From assembly GCF_035285525.1 (NCBI RefSeq), contig NZ_JAYKGW010000008.1, positions 1 through 20,792 of the forward strand: 20,792 nucleotides of DNA, read 5' to 3'. The notes below the pieces were generated by a model. It saw nothing but the letters and a program-made list of their open reading frames with translations. It did not search any database and was not told the origin of the DNA. Source of the stretch: Okeania sp. Lineage in GTDB: Bacteria > Cyanobacteriota > Cyanobacteriia > Cyanobacteriales > Microcoleaceae. Below are positions 8,324-16,578 of this stretch, piece after piece (the stretch's first letter is position 1; each line of letters starts with the position of its first letter). A program made the position numbers and the translations under genes.

Positions 8324-8584
8324 ATGAAAAAGCTGATCGGATCTATTATTATCGTAATTCTGTTATTTGTCTCTTATATTGTAGAGAAGAGGTATTTAAC
8401 TAAACCTGCAAGTAGTGATAGTAATGTTAGTAATGTCAAAAAAATAGATGTAGAAGATTTGGTAGATGGTATGGAAGAAATGGAAGATAAATGTAAGGAA
8501 AAAGGAGAGAATGTCAAGGTAGGAAAAAGAACTGATTTAATCAGGGGGAAATATAGTTTAAAAACTTATGTAGGTTGCGAGTGA
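8324..8584 (+). CDS. Small hypothetical protein with N-terminal transmembrane anchor
   Basis: The track ORF starts at TTG 8180. The in-frame ATG at 8324 gives MKKLIGSIIIVILLFVSYIV (signal anchor) followed by an acidic/basic soluble tail with two Cys. No recognisable family, and the coding status itself is uncertain. Confidence 0.4.
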   Translation: MKKLIGSIIIVILLFVSYIVEKRYLTKPASSDSNVSNVKKIDVEDLVDGMEEMEDKCKEKGENVKVGKRTDLIRGKYSLKTYVGCE

Positions 8585-8836
8585 GTTGTGGTTGTATGAT
8601 TAATGTACGAGGCAAATTTGCAGTGTGCGTTATACTGTTTCACCAAAGTTAAAAATCAAAAGTCATATATTTAAGATTTTAGAGATTCAAAATTTTAACA
8701 GCACAGTCATTTCAGGAAGTTATTTGATATCTAAAAGTTGGAAATTATTTGTAAAATTCTTTTTTCACGTTTGGCATTAGAAGGCTAAAATTTAGACTGA
8801 GAAGGATATTTAGAAATCCTGTGAATGCCTACAAAA

Positions 8837-9610
8837 TTAAGTCTTTTTTCCTATATAGAAAACATAACCATAAAACTGTTTATATTTATAATATAATTCA
8901 GCTTCATGCTGTTGATTTTCTACAAGTTTTTCGGCAGTTTTATTACCTAAATATTTTTGCAAAAATTTTTCCTGTACAGCAACTTGAGGAGCATAAAAAT
9001 TCTCAGTCCAACAATTCTCAGGCAGCACAAAAGTAGCAATAGGAATATATCCAGCTTTTTCCATTTGTTTGACTTTATTAGAAATAGTATCTATTTCTGG
9101 ATATTCATTATTCCAAAATTCATTAATTTCCCCTGGTCGTTCTTCAGTAAACCACGATATCTCGGAAACAGCAAGGAAAGCTCCTCTCTTTAAAAACTTA
9201 TACCATTCATTTATGCCTCGTTCAAACCCAATATTATAGATTGCTCCTTCTGACCAAATTAAGTCTAATTCTTCATTTTGAAAAGGCAGATTTTCCATCG
9301 AACCAACAATGCCATTTACTCTATTTTCGAGATTCAATTTCTGACTATTAATATTGAATATATCTATAAAAATCGGAGACAAATCAATAGCTGTAATATA
9401 TCCTGATGTATGATTAGCGATCGCCATTGTTTGACCACCAGTTCCACAACCTATATCGGCAATTTTTGATTCATTGGTCAGATTATCAATAAAGCTTAAA
9501 GCTTTAATAGTTACTTCCGAGCTTCCTGGTCCTTGTCGTTCTAATTTTGAATAATATTCGTAGATTAATTGCACATCAAATTCGTGAATGGATTTATTTT
9601 CATTACTCAT
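8837..9610 (-). CDS. Class I SAM-dependent methyltransferase
   Basis: Motif I, IADIGCGTGGQT. Post-I acidic residue in AIDLS. Motif II region DLIWSEGAIY. 257 aa. Substrate unknown. Confidence 0.85.
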   Translation of the reverse strand: MSNENKSIHEFDVQLIYEYYSKLERQGPGSSEVTIKALSFIDNLTNESKIADIGCGTGGQTMAIANHTSGYITAIDLSPIFIDIFNINSQKLNLENRVNGIVGSMENLPFQNEELDLIWSEGAIYNIGFERGINEWYKFLKRGAFLAVSEISWFTEERPGEINEFWNNEYPEIDTISNKVKQMEKAGYIPIATFVLPENCWTENFYAPQVAVQEKFLQKYLGNKTAEKLVENQQHEAELYYKYKQFYGYVFYIGKKT

Positions 9611-9812
9611 ATTATGTAGAATCCGCTATCTCAGTTTTCTTACTAATTTTAAACTGGTTACACAACCCCTAGTTTCGTAACTAATGGGATATTTTTTTTA
9701 CTTGGAAATCCCTAAAAAACCGGGTTTGTTGGAGAAAGATGTCAGTATAATAATCCACCTAATACAAACCCAGTTTCTAAACTTAACATAATGAATAATG
9801 AAACTATCTCTC

Positions 9813-9854
9813 ATTATCAATTATTAATTATTAATTATCCATTATCAATTATTA
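9813..9854. repeat. Heptamer array (ATTATCA / ATTATTA / ATTATCC) x6
   Basis: Six phased heptamers ending directly at the PPIase stop codon (9856-9858). Similar AT-rich heptamer arrays occur at 11846-11880, 12755-12803, 14344-14378 and 17751-17767. Confidence 0.85.
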
Positions 9855-9855
9855 G

Positions 9856-10626
9856 TTAATCATTCATGTGGAGAGTAATTTTGGTATTTTCTAGCCTTTC
9901 AGATATCCAGCGTTCAAATAATTCACCCTCTAATTTTTTCTTGATTTCAGGATTATCTAAAGAAGCACCTTGTAACTGTTCTAAGCGAAATATACTCCAA
10001 AATTTATTAGTTTCAAAGGGTCTTAAAACATCTCCAATATTAACAGAACCAGAATTAATTGCATCCCTTAAATCTTTCGGCAAACTAGCTAAAGTAACTG
10101 CACCCATCATCCCATTATAATTTTTATCATTTGTGACCGAATATTCTTTAGCTAAATCTTCAAACTTTCCTCCCTCTTCAACAATTTTTCGATACACAGC
10201 ATCTGCTAATTCTTTATCTTGAACTACTATTCTAGATAAAATTGCATAATCCAAACTAGCTTTACGCTGATTAAAATATTCTTCTATTTTTTCTGCAACA
10301 ATAGAATCTTTTAATTCCTTCAGTTTAAAAGAATTTGTTATTTGTGATTCTATAGTGCTATAGCTAATTTTATTTTCCTGCATCCATTCCTGAAATTTTT
10401 GCAGGTCTTCCAGCTTTCTTTGCAATCTAAAATCCATAATTGCCTGTTGAATAACTGCTGGATCTACATTGATATCTTCCCTAGATTGTAATTCTTTTTC
10501 CATTACATGTTGACGTGCAATTTCTGCGACAAAAGACTGTAATTTTCCAGAAGCTTGCAAATATTTGAAACCTTGCGCCCATGATAATTGCTCTGCACCT
10601 ATTGTTAACAGTGGTTTAGATTCCAT
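9856..10626 (-). CDS. Parvulin (PpiC)-type peptidyl-prolyl isomerase with SurA-like N-terminal helical domain
   Basis: The C-terminal half (ILSRIVVQDKELADAVYRKIVEEGGKFEDLAKEYSV...GMMG...LP...F) fits the parvulin rotamase pattern. No signal peptide is visible. Confidence 0.7.
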   Translation of the reverse strand: MESKPLLTIGAEQLSWAQGFKYLQASGKLQSFVAEIARQHVMEKELQSREDINVDPAVIQQAIMDFRLQRKLEDLQKFQEWMQENKISYSTIESQITNSFKLKELKDSIVAEKIEEYFNQRKASLDYAILSRIVVQDKELADAVYRKIVEEGGKFEDLAKEYSVTNDKNYNGMMGAVTLASLPKDLRDAINSGSVNIGDVLRPFETNKFWSIFRLEQLQGASLDNPEIKKKLEGELFERWISERLENTKITLHMND

Positions 10627-10983
10627 TGGTAAAAGTCCTCCAGTTGCTAATACACTACTTGCAAATAAATTTTGTAAATTTTCTACGGAATACTGCGCAA
10701 ACAGCCGTCAGCTATTAGCTAGCTTTCTGGGTCGGAACTGCACAATTTAGCCAGTTATTGAGTTATTAACTCACTGTCACACTACAGGGGGGATTAATCC
10801 CTAAGGAGAATTAAAACTAATAAATCAAATTCCCGATTGTTCAACCTTAAATTTGCTTAATTTTGGCAAAAGCTGGCGGCTGAAAGCTTACTAAATTTTA
10901 GTCTATCTTAAACGATAATATAACAAACTTAATTCAGATAATTTTGCTCATCAATAAGTTTTAACTATATTTTTATTGAAATT

Positions 10984-11841
10984 TCACTGCATAATTTTAC
11001 AATCAGGAAAATAAACTAAAATTGGGGAAATAAACAAGCTCATAAGTAATAAGTTATTACTTTTTATGGCATAGTACCAAACTATAGCTAATAGAATTGC
11101 AGCGATCGCTCCTATTAATGTATTTATAATATTTACTACTTCATTGGTTAGCCATGCAAACTGAGACTGCATTGTTGCCCCAATTACACTCTCCAAATTA
11201 GTAGCAATAAAAGCTGCAATAACACAAAAAGCGATTCCTGTCAAATTAATTAAACCTACAGCCCAACCCAGGAAAGCGATCGCTACAGAAGCAAAAATAC
11301 CTGCTAAAGTTCCTTCTAAACTTACAGCACCCTCTGTACCTCGTGACACTGGTTGGAGAGTGGTGATTAAAAAAGTCCGTTTACCGTAAGCTTTGCCTAC
11401 CTCACTAGCACAAGTATCAGAAAGTTTGGTACTAAAGCTAGCTACATAACCCAAGATTAGTAAAGATGGTAAATTTTCTATGGGAGGATGATTTGGGTAT
11501 AAGAGATTAATAACTAAAACACCCACAGCACAGATAGCAGCAGTTAAGGCCGAACCCCAAACATTTTCTGGTCCTCTTGCTCCTTCCCGTTTTTCCGCAA
11601 TACCAGCAGCTTCTTTTTCGGCCATTCCAATGCGAGTTACACCGGAACCGACTAAAAAATAAAATCCTACTACTGCATATCCAGGCCAACCCAAACTTCC
11701 CCAAATTAGGACTCCTAATATCCAAGCGTGAACTATTCCTGCAGGGGTTAATAATTTTTTCGGGACAAAATAAACGAGACTAAGTAAAATAGTGTTTAAA
11801 ATTACAGCTATTAACCAAGGATTCATTGAATTAATAAACAT
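10984..11841 (-). CDS. DUF92 / TIGR00297-family integral membrane protein (VTE6-like, possible phytyl-phosphate kinase)
   Basis: Polytopic membrane protein. LTPAGIVHAWILG...FYFLVGSGVTRIGMAEKEAAGIAEKREGARGPENVWGS matches the conserved DUF92 core as I remember it. The kinase function is inferred from the plant VTE6 family only. Confidence 0.6.
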   Translation of the reverse strand: MFINSMNPWLIAVILNTILLSLVYFVPKKLLTPAGIVHAWILGVLIWGSLGWPGYAVVGFYFLVGSGVTRIGMAEKEAAGIAEKREGARGPENVWGSALTAAICAVGVLVINLLYPNHPPIENLPSLLILGYVASFSTKLSDTCASEVGKAYGKRTFLITTLQPVSRGTEGAVSLEGTLAGIFASVAIAFLGWAVGLINLTGIAFCVIAAFIATNLESVIGATMQSQFAWLTNEVVNIINTLIGAIAAILLAIVWYYAIKSNNLLLMSLFISPILVYFPDCKIMQ

Positions 11842-12066
11842 AGATAATTAATAATGAATAATGAATAATTAATAATTGATTTTCAGCAATAATATCATGT
11901 CTGGTTGAATAGTTATCATTGGGAACAAATGGAAGAAATTATCTCAAACCCGTATTTATTGCTTCTTTCCACTGAATCAGCATCGCAATAACTTTACAGT
12001 TAGTGTTTATTCCGACATAATATTAAGACCCTATTTTTTGAGTAAGGTTTAACTTTTGCTTCATAG

Positions 12067-12271
12067 TAAGCATTCAGCCGTCAGGTATTAGACAGCCTCT
12101 TTCAGAAGAGCTTCGCTAACAGCTATAAGTTATTAACTTATCCTGTCTTTCAGGAAGAATTAATCTGCAAAAAGTTAAATAGAAAGAAAAATATCTTCAG
12201 CTAATTTTCATCAGTTCTGTGCATTCGCTCAGTTATTAGATGATTGCTAATAGCTGATAGCTGAATGTTTA
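12067..12271. repeat. MITE-like repeat, GTAAGCATT family (one degenerate terminus)
   Basis: Left end GTAAGCATTCAGCCGTCAGG. Right end GCTAATAGCTGATAGCTGAATGTTTAA. It ends 22 nt before the ATG of the VOC gene. Confidence 0.55.
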
Positions 12272-12293
12272 AATTATCCATTATCAAGTAACC

Positions 12294-12731
12294 ATGAATC
12301 AAGTTATTTTTCACTTAGCTTTTCCTATAAATGATATTGCTCAAACTAAAGAATTTTATGCCAATGGTTTAGGTTGTCAAGTTGGGCGAGAATCTCCAAA
12401 TTCAATAATTTTAAATCTTTATGGCAATCAAATTGTTGCTCATGTTGTTAAAGAAATTTTAGCACCACAAAAAGGAATTTATCCGAGACATTTTGGTTTA
12501 GTTTTCACTCAAGAAAGTGATTGGGAAGCATTGTTAAAATGTGCTGAAAAAAATGAATTAAAATTTTATCAGCAACCCAAACGTAGATTTCCAAATTCTC
12601 TTTTAGAACATCGCACTTTTTTCTTAGAAGACCCCTTCCATAATTTGCTAGAGTTCAAATATTATTATCATCAAGAAGCAATTTTTGGCTGTAGTAATTA
12701 TCAACAAATTGGCGATTCTGTAACAGTTTAA
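12294..12731 (+). CDS. VOC (glyoxalase/bleomycin-resistance/dioxygenase) family protein
   Basis: FHLAFPINDIAQTKEFYANGLGCQVG...HFGLVF...EDPFHNLLEF shows the paired beta-alpha-beta-beta-beta module pattern of VOC proteins. 145 aa. Confidence 0.7.
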   Translation: MNQVIFHLAFPINDIAQTKEFYANGLGCQVGRESPNSIILNLYGNQIVAHVVKEILAPQKGIYPRHFGLVFTQESDWEALLKCAEKNELKFYQQPKRRFPNSLLEHRTFFLEDPFHNLLEFKYYYHQEAIFGCSNYQQIGDSVTV

Positions 12732-12900
12732 ATTAGAAAAATAGGGACTAGGTTTAATAATTAATAATTAATAATTAACTATTAACTATTAACTATTAAC
12801 TATTAGGGTTTGCTGAATAATCATGGAAAATAGGATTGCTATATATTAGTACAGTCGTAAACTATGATTATATCTGTGATAAGGCAAAGTAGTAGAAACA

Positions 12901-12946
12901 TCTTCCTTCTTCCTTCTTCCTTCCTTCTTCTTCTTTCTTCCTCCTT
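12901..12946. repeat. Heptamer array TCTTCCT (reverse complement and rotation of GGAAGAA), three perfect units then degenerate
   Basis: Read directly. It ends 6 nt before the ATG of the Uma2 gene and is in inverted orientation relative to the array at 7203-7262. Confidence 0.9.
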
Positions 12947-12952
12947 AAAATA

Positions 12953-13739
12953 ATGACTACAAAAATAGAAATTACTGCATCAAAAGAACTGGATATTAAC
13001 TCTATTCCAGATCATACTCAACTACCAGAATCAGACGGTACATTTGTGAAAAATTTTCAAGAACATCATCAAAGCATTCTATTAACTGATTCTATCAAAC
13101 CTATCCTAGATAAAATTCATCCTGACGGACAATATGCCATAGGACAAGACTGTGGAATTTATTGGCGATTAACTGAGCCATATCTTAGAGGAGCAGAAGC
13201 ACCAGACTGGTATTATGTTCCTGAAGTTTCTCCTCTTTTAAATGGAGAAGTACGACGTTCCTATGTACTTTGGCAAGAATATATTGCTCCCCTTATTGTA
13301 TTAGAATTTGTTTCTGGAAATGGTGCAGAAGAAAGAGATAAAACTCCACCAATAATATCGGATAAAACTGATAAAAAAACCTGGTAAATTTTGGGTTTAT
13401 GAAAAAGGGATTAGAATTCCGTTTTACGGGATTTATGAAGTTCAAAAATCTGCTGTTGAATTATATCATTTAGGTTCTCATGGTTATGAATTAATAAAAC
13501 CTAATGAAAGGAATCATTTTTCTATTCCCCAGTTAGGTATCGAGTTAGGTATTTGGCAGGGAATTTATAATAATATCGAGTTACCTTGGTTACGTTGGTG
13601 GGATAATCATGGCAACTTATTATTAACTGGTGAAGAACGTGCTGAACAAGAAAGTCAACGCGCTGAACGAGAACGTAAACGTGCTGAAATATTAGCTGAA
13701 AAGTTACGTCAAATGGGAATAAATCCAGACGAAGAATAA
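12953..13739 (+). pseudogene. Uma2 (DUF820) family endonuclease, frameshifted in an A7 homopolymer
   Basis: The track ORF 12953-13387 ends ...DKKTW*. Reading from 13380 in the +1 frame continues open to the TAA at 13737-13739: PGKFWVYEKGIRIPFYGIYEVQKSAVELYHLGSHGYELIKPNERNHFSIPQLGIELGIWQGIYNNIELPWLRWWDNHGNLLLTGEERAEQESQRAERERKRAEILAEKLRQMGINPDEE. Both halves together have the typical cyanobacterial Uma2 layout (LPESDG...APDWYYVP...PLIVLEFVS...GKFWVYE...IPFY, then an RAE-rich tail). Removing one A from the run 13373-13379 restores a single ORF. Confidence 0.8.
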
Positions 13740-13780
13740 TCTGAACTGTTTTATTCTCTAAATGTATTTATTTAGAGCTT

Positions 13781-14241
13781 AATGAATAAATTTCAAAGCT
13801 TTTATAAATACAAATTTTAGCATTTTTAGATATAGAAAAAGTACCTGCTTTACGGTTCCCGAAAAATCAGTTCAACTATGCACAGTTCTCGAAAAATCAA
13901 AAAGTTACAATTTTAAGCACATTATTGGGCAAAAAAATTACTTTCCGGCTCCTCTACTCCCCCGCTTCCGTAGGGAAGTTGTATGCAACGTCTCTACCCT
14001 TAAAGTAGCAGGGAGAAGCCAGAATCCAGAATCCAGAATCTGTATGGGAATAGGAGTTACAGAAGAGGTAGGAGGAAGAATTATCTTTTCATTTACGGTT
14101 CCCGAAAAATCGGCTAAATTATGGCAAAAAATCCTAGATTTTTTTAGCTTTCAAGACTTAAAATCTGGCACTTTTGACCTACCTAAAAATGCTAAAAAGT
14201 TTATCTCTAAAGGCTTTCATTTTTAATCAGCAAACCCTAAT
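13781..14241. repeat. Composite repeat block (imperfect ~50-bp inverted arms, two TTTACGGTTCCCGAAAAATC boxes, (CCAGAAT)x3, hairpin repeat)
   Basis: The arms at 13795-13845 and 14168-14218 are inverted, with a 15-bp perfect core TTTTAGCATTTTTAG / CTAAAAATGCTAAAA. Boxes at 13848-13868 and 14092-14111. Hairpin CCGTAGGGAAGTTGTATGCAACGTCTCTACCC at about 13968-13999. The block ends with TCAGCAAACCCTAAT (14227-14241). Confidence 0.7.
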
Positions 14242-14388
14242 TATTCATTCAACAATTCAAGCTTGGAAGCCTCCCCTTTCCTTTTAAGGGGATAAATCAA
14301 AAATTTTCATAATTAGTCAATCCCTTTCTTTGAAGAAGGCGTAATTATTAATTATTCATTATTAATTATTCATTATTAATTGCTGAAC

Positions 14389-15003
14389 TTATTCTTTTTT
14401 CGATTTAATTTCTCTTTTTAATTCTTCAAAAATTACTTTAAAAACCTTTTCATCTGATACCATCCAAGCATGAAACAAAACATTTATTTTAATATCTCGA
14501 CCTACTGGAACTTGAGAACTTTTAGCAGGTACAATCATCGCATCATAGGGAGTCCAAATAGAAGTAAAATTTATTCGGTTTAATACATCAATATCTTGGT
14601 TTAAATTTTCTAGAAAACTGCTTTTCAGACGCATCTGTTTGGATGCTGCTAAATTTAAAAAATAACCTGTTAATGTACCGTTATGAGGAGCAGAAATAGT
14701 AATAAAACGTTGTACTTTCTCAATGCCTCCTAATCTTTGCACATAGTAGCGACTTACTATTCCTCCCATGCTAAAACCTATTAAATCAAATGGTTGATTA
14801 GTTGGAAATATTTGATCTACATAATCTGCTACTTGTTCTGCTAGTTTATCTAAACCTAAAATACCGTAGTTAGGAACTAAATTAAAAGAATATACTTCCC
14901 ACCCTAATTTCTTTAGGTATTTAGACATTTTATTAAATATTTTGGTAGTGTCAAAAATTCCGTGGATTAATAATACTCGATTAGGTTTATTTAAGCTTTC
15001 CAT
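14389..15003 (-). CDS. Alpha/beta hydrolase, small lipase/esterase-like (class 2 lipase / PGAP1-like)
   Basis: LIHGIFDT oxyanion region, nucleophile elbow GFSMGG, WTPYD and FHAWM as candidate acid and His positions. 204 aa. Confidence 0.8.
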   Translation of the reverse strand: MESLNKPNRVLLIHGIFDTTKIFNKMSKYLKKLGWEVYSFNLVPNYGILGLDKLAEQVADYVDQIFPTNQPFDLIGFSMGGIVSRYYVQRLGGIEKVQRFITISAPHNGTLTGYFLNLAASKQMRLKSSFLENLNQDIDVLNRINFTSIWTPYDAMIVPAKSSQVPVGRDIKINVLFHAWMVSDEKVFKVIFEELKREIKSKKE

Positions 15004-15177
15004 ATTCCTTTTTAAATATTTCTAATTCTATAACAATCCTATTTTATTTGTCTATAAAAATCTTACCTCTTTTAGGGAAGTGGTTTACTCTCTAAACCAA
15101 AGTCACCATCGCATTTGGAGACTAAACTGCTATAGTCTTGAAAATTATGAGATATTTGTAAAAAATTATAATTTTTT

Positions 15178-15288
15178 CCCAAAAAAAAAGAGGTATAAAG
15201 CCTCCCCTGGTTCGGGGATGAAAAAATTTTAACTCAGTATTTCAAGCCTCCGAATTTAGTCGGAGCTTCACTCTCTACTAATAACTGA
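15178..15288 (+). repeat. ~110-bp dispersed element, copy in + orientation
   Basis: AGGTATAAAGCCTC-CCCTGGTTCGGGG-ATGAAAAAATTTTAACTCAGTATTTCAAGCCTC-CGAATTTAGTCGGAG...TCTCTACTAATAACTGA aligns along its length with the reverse complement of 17757-17864. A partial third copy lies at 14266-14310. Confidence 0.85.
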
Positions 15289-15457
15289 AATGACCTTGAA
15301 TTTTCCCTAACTATTAAATTTAGAGTCCCTATCATGGTACTTAATGTTAATTTTTATTAAAAAATATAGATAAAAGTTACGCCATGTCATAAATTAATCT
15401 TAAAGTATTAAGCTCTAAGCAATAGTACAAAAAAAATCATTTTAGGAGATAAAAATC

Positions 15458-15901
15458 ATGTTTATTGGAGGATTATTTGCCGGAATTTTCGGTATTCTTC
15501 CTTTTGGCAAAAAGTCAGAATATCTATTAGAATTTGACAAGACAGAAAAAACCAGCACCCCCAAAGCAGAATCAACTCCAGCTACTGTAGCAACACCAGC
15601 ACCTACAAAAACTGAAACTGAACCTGCTAGTTCTGAAACTCCAAAAGAGGCAAAACCTAAAGTTTCTAGTGCTAAAAAAGCTCAAAAAGTTAAAACACAA
15701 CAGTCTAAAGTTTCTCAAGCACCAGCACCACAAGTTGACATAATAAACGTTATAAATCCGCAGAAAAAAGAAGAGAAAAAAGAGGTAGTATTATTTGCTC
15801 CTAACTTTTTAATGCCAAAACCTACTGCCAAGCGTCGTCGCCCTGGTCCTAGTATGGGTATGTTCCGTGGTATAGCTAAAGATATGAACTTACCAAGATA
15901 G
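15458..15901 (+). CDS. Hypothetical protein: short hydrophobic N-terminus, P/T/A/K/E-rich low-complexity middle, basic C-terminal motif
   Basis: AGGAG lies 9 nt upstream of the ATG. MFIGGLFAGIFGILPFG, then the PATVATPAPTKTETEPASSETPKEAKPK low-complexity region, then FAPNFLMPKPTAKRRRPGPSMGMFRGIAKDM. A terminator-like hairpin follows the stop. Confidence 0.6.
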   Translation: MFIGGLFAGIFGILPFGKKSEYLLEFDKTEKTSTPKAESTPATVATPAPTKTETEPASSETPKEAKPKVSSAKKAQKVKTQQSKVSQAPAPQVDIINVINPQKKEEKKEVVLFAPNFLMPKPTAKRRRPGPSMGMFRGIAKDMNLPR

Positions 15902-15919
15902 TATAGTATTACGCACAAT

Positions 15920-15955
15920 TCAGAAGTTAGAGTTGACTTCTGATTCAGTTTTTCC
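15920..15955 (+). terminator. Candidate intrinsic terminator of the 15458-15901 gene
   Basis: 8-bp stem TCAGAAGT (15920-15927) / ACTTCTGA (15936-15943), 8-nt loop, followed by TTCAGTTTTTCC. Confidence 0.5.
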
Positions 15956-15980
15956 GCAAGGAATGCTGCGCAAACAAAAT

Positions 15981-16466
15981 TTAGAAATTTTCTAATTTAT
16001 ACTTTGACTGAATAGGCATCTCCAGACCAATAAAAAATAGATAATTAATTAGTAAGCATTCAGCTTTTAGCTGTCAGCTTTTAGCTATAAAATTTTCACC
16101 TTTAATTTTTTTTACTCAGATTTAATTTTGAAGAATAAAGACTTTATCAAAAACTAGAAGTAGTAGGTGATAGCTGTTAGATGACTGCTGAATGCTTACG
16201 TTAATTGATTTGATTTTTGATGATTGGAGATGTCTAATAAATTAGGTTTTAAATTAATAATTACTATCTAAGAAAACAGCAGAATATCAATTATCTCAAT
16301 TTTCTATTCTATTAGGAATTTTCTAAGTTATACTTTGACTCAATAGACATTTCCAGAACAATAAAAAATAGATAATTAATTGATTTTATCTTTGAAATTA
16401 GGTTTTAAATGAATAATTACTATCTAAGAAAATAGCATAATATCAATTATCTCAATTTTCTATTCT
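15981..16466. repeat. Local tandem duplication (copy A 15981-16310, copy B 16311-16466); copy A is interrupted
   Basis: Both copies share TTCTAA(T/G)TTATACTTTGACT(G/C)AATAG(G/A)CAT(C/T)TCCAGA(C/A)CAATAAAAAATAGATAATTAATT ... ATTAGGTTTTAAAT(T/G)AATAATTACTATCTAAGAAAA(C/T)AGCA(G/T)AATATCAATTATCTCAATTTTCTATTCT. Copy A carries extra sequence that copy B lacks. Confidence 0.85.
16052..16199. mobile_element. 148-bp MITE-like insertion with 13-bp perfect terminal inverted repeats
   Basis: GTAAGCATTCAGC (16052-16064) and GCTGAATGCTTAC (16187-16199) are exact reverse complements. TTAATT lies on both sides (16045-16050 and 16201-16206), whereas the paralogous copy B has a single TTAATT (16376-16381) and no insert. 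No ORF inside. Confidence 0.75.
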
Positions 16467-16578
16467 ATCATTAACTGGTTGCTATATAACCATTGCAGAG
16501 ATACCCTTATGCAACGTCCTGAATACTCTACTATCTTTATCAGAATCGGTATTTTTTTACTTGGAAATCCCTCATAAC

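Noticed and set aside
9690-9713. About 23-bp repeat TATTTTTTT(T)ACTTGGAAATCCCT shared with 16550-16572, in both cases downstream of a minus-strand gene.
   Set aside because: Only two copies, with no stable hairpin or U-tract in either orientation. That is too little to separate a functional 3' element from a fragment of a larger dispersed repeat.
12953-13387. Treating 12953-13387 as an intact 144-aa gene.
   Set aside because: It stops inside the conserved core of the Uma2 fold, and the missing C-terminal half continues directly in the +1 frame. It is a truncated reading of a frameshifted gene.
13356-13400. Programmed ribosomal frameshifting at the A7 run of the Uma2 gene.
   Set aside because: I see no downstream stimulatory pseudoknot or hairpin. 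No such mechanism is known for this family, and a single-base homopolymer indel or sequencing error is the simpler explanation. It stays as a caveat under the pseudogene finding.
14044-14226. 60-aa ORF in the repeat block after the Uma2 gene. Similar cases at 19541-19723 and 19954-20139.
   Set aside because: All three lie inside or largely within dispersed repeat elements (TTTACGGTTCCCGA boxes, GTAAGCATT MITE). They sit at or just above the apparent ~60-aa lower size limit of the track, have no ribosome-binding context, and their sequence is explained by the repeats.
15981-16466. Possible CRISPR array, considered for the tandem duplication here, the heptamer arrays, and the 45/48-bp repeats at 20525-20792.
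   Set aside because: There is no repeat-spacer alternation. The units are directly abutting, and one array is an in-frame coding repeat. Unit lengths (7, 45/48, 87, about 155 bp) and the absence of cas genes do not fit CRISPR.
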